Of a DNA stretch of 36,296 bases, positions 33,887 through 36,296 are shown one piece after another; positions within the stretch are counted from its first letter, which is position 1, and each line of letters begins with the position of its first letter. The notes beneath the pieces are model-generated. The model was not told where the DNA came from. It saw nothing but the letters and a program-made list of their open reading frames with translations, and did no database searches. A program made the position numbers and the translations under genes. The DNA is from a virus (Duplodnaviria > Caudoviricetes), in the IMG/VR virus record IMGVR_UViG_3300026302_000103, positions 1 to 36,296 of that record; one strand, 5' to 3'.

Positions 33887-34204
33887 ATGCCTGAAAAAGA
33901 CCCGACGACCTACGGCCTACTTACCTATGCCTGGGTCGCCATTCTCTCTGCGTGGGGAGGTGCCGTGAACTGGATCAGAAAACGCAAGGCCGGCGACACC
34001 CGGCCCTTCAACTTTATGGAGCTGGTCGGCGAACTCATGACCAGCGCCTTCGCCGGCGTGCTCACCTTCTGGCTTTGCGAAGCATCTGGAATGCAGCCTC
34101 TCATTACCGCGGCACTGGTCGGAATTAGCGGCCACATGGGAAGCCGCGCGATCTACCACATGGAATCGTGGGCCGAGGCCCGCTTCGCGAAAAAGGAGAC
34201 CTGA
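33887..34204 (+). CDS. Holin (LydA-like)
   Basis: 105 aa with 2-3 TM segments; WGGAVNWI and ALVGISGHMGSRAI. Confidence 0.82.
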   Translation: MPEKDPTTYGLLTYAWVAILSAWGGAVNWIRKRKAGDTRPFNFMELVGELMTSAFAGVLTFWLCEASGMQPLITAALVGISGHMGSRAIYHMESWAEARFAKKET

Positions 34205-34206
34205 CC

Positions 34207-34674
34207 ATGCTCACCGCACTATTTTCTTTCCTCGGCGGCTCGGCCTTCAGGCTGATATTCGGCGCCGTCATGGACTGGTTCAACAAGCGCCAGGATCATC
34301 AGAACGAGATGGAGCTGCAGCGCCTGCAGTCTGACCTTGAGGCAGCGCGCCACACGCGCGACATGGAGCGCATCAAGATTCAGTCAGACCTCAACATCAA
34401 GGAGGTGCAGATCGCCGGCGATGTGGCCGAGCAGAAGGCAATGGCCGATGCCTTCCTTGAAGCCGTGAAAGCCACCGGAATCAAGACGGGAATCGGCTTT
34501 GTCGACGCATGGAATGCAAGCATCCGCCCGGCCGGCGCGTCCGTCTCCCTGCTGATTTGGGTCGGCACGATGATTTCCGTCGGGTTGGTTCTGACAGAAT
34601 TCGACCGCACGCTGATCGCCGCCTTCCTGGGCGTCTTCGTCGGCGACCGCATCCACACTCGGGGGCGCATGTGA
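34207..34674 (+). CDS. Membrane protein of the lysis cassette (second holin-like)
   Basis: N-terminal TM, coiled coil, WNASIRP and C-terminal TMs; AAGGAG RBS. Confidence 0.65.
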   Translation: MLTALFSFLGGSAFRLIFGAVMDWFNKRQDHQNEMELQRLQSDLEAARHTRDMERIKIQSDLNIKEVQIAGDVAEQKAMADAFLEAVKATGIKTGIGFVDAWNASIRPAGASVSLLIWVGTMISVGLVLTEFDRTLIAAFLGVFVGDRIHTRGRM

Positions 34675-35111
34675 TCGAGCGCCTGGCAGCCTTCTTCGTG
34701 CTCGCGAAGCGCTTCGAGGGCTGCCGTCTTACCCCTTATATCTGCCCGGCCGGCGTCTGGACATGCGGATGGGGCAGCACCGGCCCCGACGTGATTCCCG
34801 GCCAGCCCTGGACACAGGAATATGCAGACCGGCGCCTGCAGCAGGACGCCATAAAATTCGCCCTCGGCACGCTGGCTGCCTGCCCCGCCCTGGCGACCGA
34901 GCCGGACGCCCGCCTTTCGGCGATCACTGATTTTTCCTATAACCTAGGCCTTGGCCGGCTTCGCGCATCGACGCTGCGCAAGCGCGTGAATTCCCGACTT
35001 TGGCGAGAGGCCTGCAACGAGCTGCGCAAATGGGTGCGCGGTGGCGGTCGTGTTCTGCCGGGCCTAGTGCTCCGGCGTGAAGCCGAGGCCGCTCTACTTC
35101 TCCGCGACTGA
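34671..35111 (+). CDS. Endolysin, GH24 lysozyme
   Basis: FEGCRLTPYICPAGVWTCGWG (E-8-C-5-T triad), FSYNLG and LPGLVLRREAE; GTG start at 34671. Confidence 0.92.
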   Translation: MIERLAAFFVLAKRFEGCRLTPYICPAGVWTCGWGSTGPDVIPGQPWTQEYADRRLQQDAIKFALGTLAACPALATEPDARLSAITDFSYNLGLGRLRASTLRKRVNSRLWREACNELRKWVRGGGRVLPGLVLRREAEAALLLRD

Positions 35112-36296
35112 CTCTTCGGCAATAGCCTCGGCCTCGATCGCATCGAGGTAGTCGGCCCACACCTGCATCATGTCTCGGCGCGCTGGCAGATAGGCGGCAT
35201 GGTTGTAGGCTGCCTTGGCCTTCTTCTTCTCCGAGTGCGCAAGCTGCATCTCGACGAGCTTTTCCTCGTAGTGCATTTCGTAGAGGTGCGTCGAGGCCGT
35301 CGCCCGGAAGTCGTGCCCACTGAACGGGATACCGAGGTATTCCATCGCCCGGTTGATCGTCGTCGCGCTCATTACGTCGTCGGGCCGGCGCGAGTTCGGG
35401 AACATGTTCTCGCCGGCGCCCGTGATCTTGTGCAGCTCGCGCAGCACGACGAGCGCCTGGCGGGATAGCGGCACCATGTGCACCCGCTTCTTCTTCATCT
35501 TGTCGCCGGGGATAACCCACAGGGCGTCGTCGAAATTGACCTCGACCCAGGCACCGCGCCGCATCTCGACGGTGCGCACGAAGGTGTAGGCCATGAAGCG
35601 GATCGCGAGCAGTGTCGTCCGCAGGCCGCCATATTCCCGTAGCTTTGGGAGGAAGACCTTCAACTGCTCGCGGCTCATGGCCTGGGCATTCTCGACCGGC
35701 GGCCGGATGATGGCGTCGCGCAGGGCTGACACCGGATCGAAGTCGGCTCGCAGCGTCGCCACCCCGTAGCGGCAGACCGACGAGCACCATTGCCGGATGT
35801 TGATCGCGACCGTCTCGGCGCCCCGATCGACGACGCGATTCAGCACTTGCAGGATGTCGTTCGCGGTGATCGAGCGCAGCGGCCGGCGGCCGATGAACGG
35901 ATACACGTCGACCTCCATGCCGCGCAATACCTGCTTCAGGTAGTAGGGCGACCAGCCGCCTTTCTTCTTCGCGATCCATTCCTCGGCGACTGCCTTGAAG
36001 GTATTGGCGTTCTCGCCGATCTGGCGGGCCGTGGCAGCCTTGCGGACGTGCGACGGGTGCTGCCCCTGCTTCACCAGCTCGCGCGCTTCCTCGCGGGCCT
36101 TGCGCGCATCCATGAGGGTGACGGTCGGATAGTCGCCGATGGCGAACAGGTTCTCTTTTCCGTCGATCTTGTAGCGGTAGCGCCAGAGCTTCGAGCCGTT
36201 CGGCTTGACCTCCAGATAGAGGCCGTTGCCGTCGGTCAGCTTGAGCACCTTGTCGGTGGCCTTGGCCTGGCGGATTTTTACGTCGGTCAGCGGCAT
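35094..36296 (-). CDS. int: Tyrosine integrase, P4/IntA family
   Basis: Arm-binding N-terminus (LTDGNGLYLEVKPNGSKLWRYRY); catalytic R (TFVR), HDFR, LAH and Y (AYNHA). Confidence 0.95.
   Translation of the reverse strand: MPLTDVKIRQAKATDKVLKLTDGNGLYLEVKPNGSKLWRYRYKIDGKENLFAIGDYPTVTLMDARKAREEARELVKQGQHPSHVRKAATARQIGENANTFKAVAEEWIAKKKGGWSPYYLKQVLRGMEVDVYPFIGRRPLRSITANDILQVLNRVVDRGAETVAINIRQWCSSVCRYGVATLRADFDPVSALRDAIIRPPVENAQAMSREQLKVFLPKLREYGGLRTTLLAIRFMAYTFVRTVEMRRGAWVEVNFDDALWVIPGDKMKKKRVHMVPLSRQALVVLRELHKITGAGENMFPNSRRPDDVMSATTINRAMEYLGIPFSGHDFRATASTHLYEMHYEEKLVEMQLAHSEKKKAKAAYNHAAYLPARRDMMQVWADYLDAIEAEAIAEESVAEK

Larger units (their letters stand above)
1..36296. mobile_element. Temperate podovirus-type phage/prophage, near-complete genome
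   Basis: Integrase, cI/cro switch, recombination, replication, portal/capsid/tail tube, terminase, tail fibre and lysis genes are all present. No host genes and no tape measure or sheath gene seen. Confidence 0.95.

Overview
This GC-rich window looks like one essentially complete temperate short-tailed (podovirus-type) phage or prophage, probably with a proteobacterial host. All family calls come from motifs recognised by eye; no searches were run. Left to right: (1) a leftward early operon with LPD29, YqaJ exonuclease plus a putative annealing protein, SSB, AlpA-type excisionase and an ASCH-like protein; (2) a lambdoid cI/cro switch with visible 17-bp operators and promoters, and two envelope morons behind cI; (3) a CII-like gene, a PAPS-reductase-family gene, a DUF1376 replication initiator with iterons, a P-like protein, RusA and a small HTH regulator; (4) a BPP-1/epsilon15/T7-like virion module (portal, scaffold, capsid, cement, tail tube A/B, GNAT, ejection proteins), then terminase, an RCC1-repeat tail fibre, a lysis cassette and a P4-family integrase whose ATG is the last base. 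Three things stand out. First, a 1292-aa ejection protein carries a zeta-toxin-like P-loop kinase and a DdrB-like ParB domain. Directly behind the kinase domain lies a nested +1-frame 75-aa gene with its own sigma70-like promoter and strong Shine-Dalgarno, a candidate virion-delivered toxin with an overprinted antitoxin. Second, the capsid leader has a tandem covarying RNA motif that can alternatively pair with the Shine-Dalgarno. Third, there are three copies of a palindrome-plus-minus-10 late promoter.
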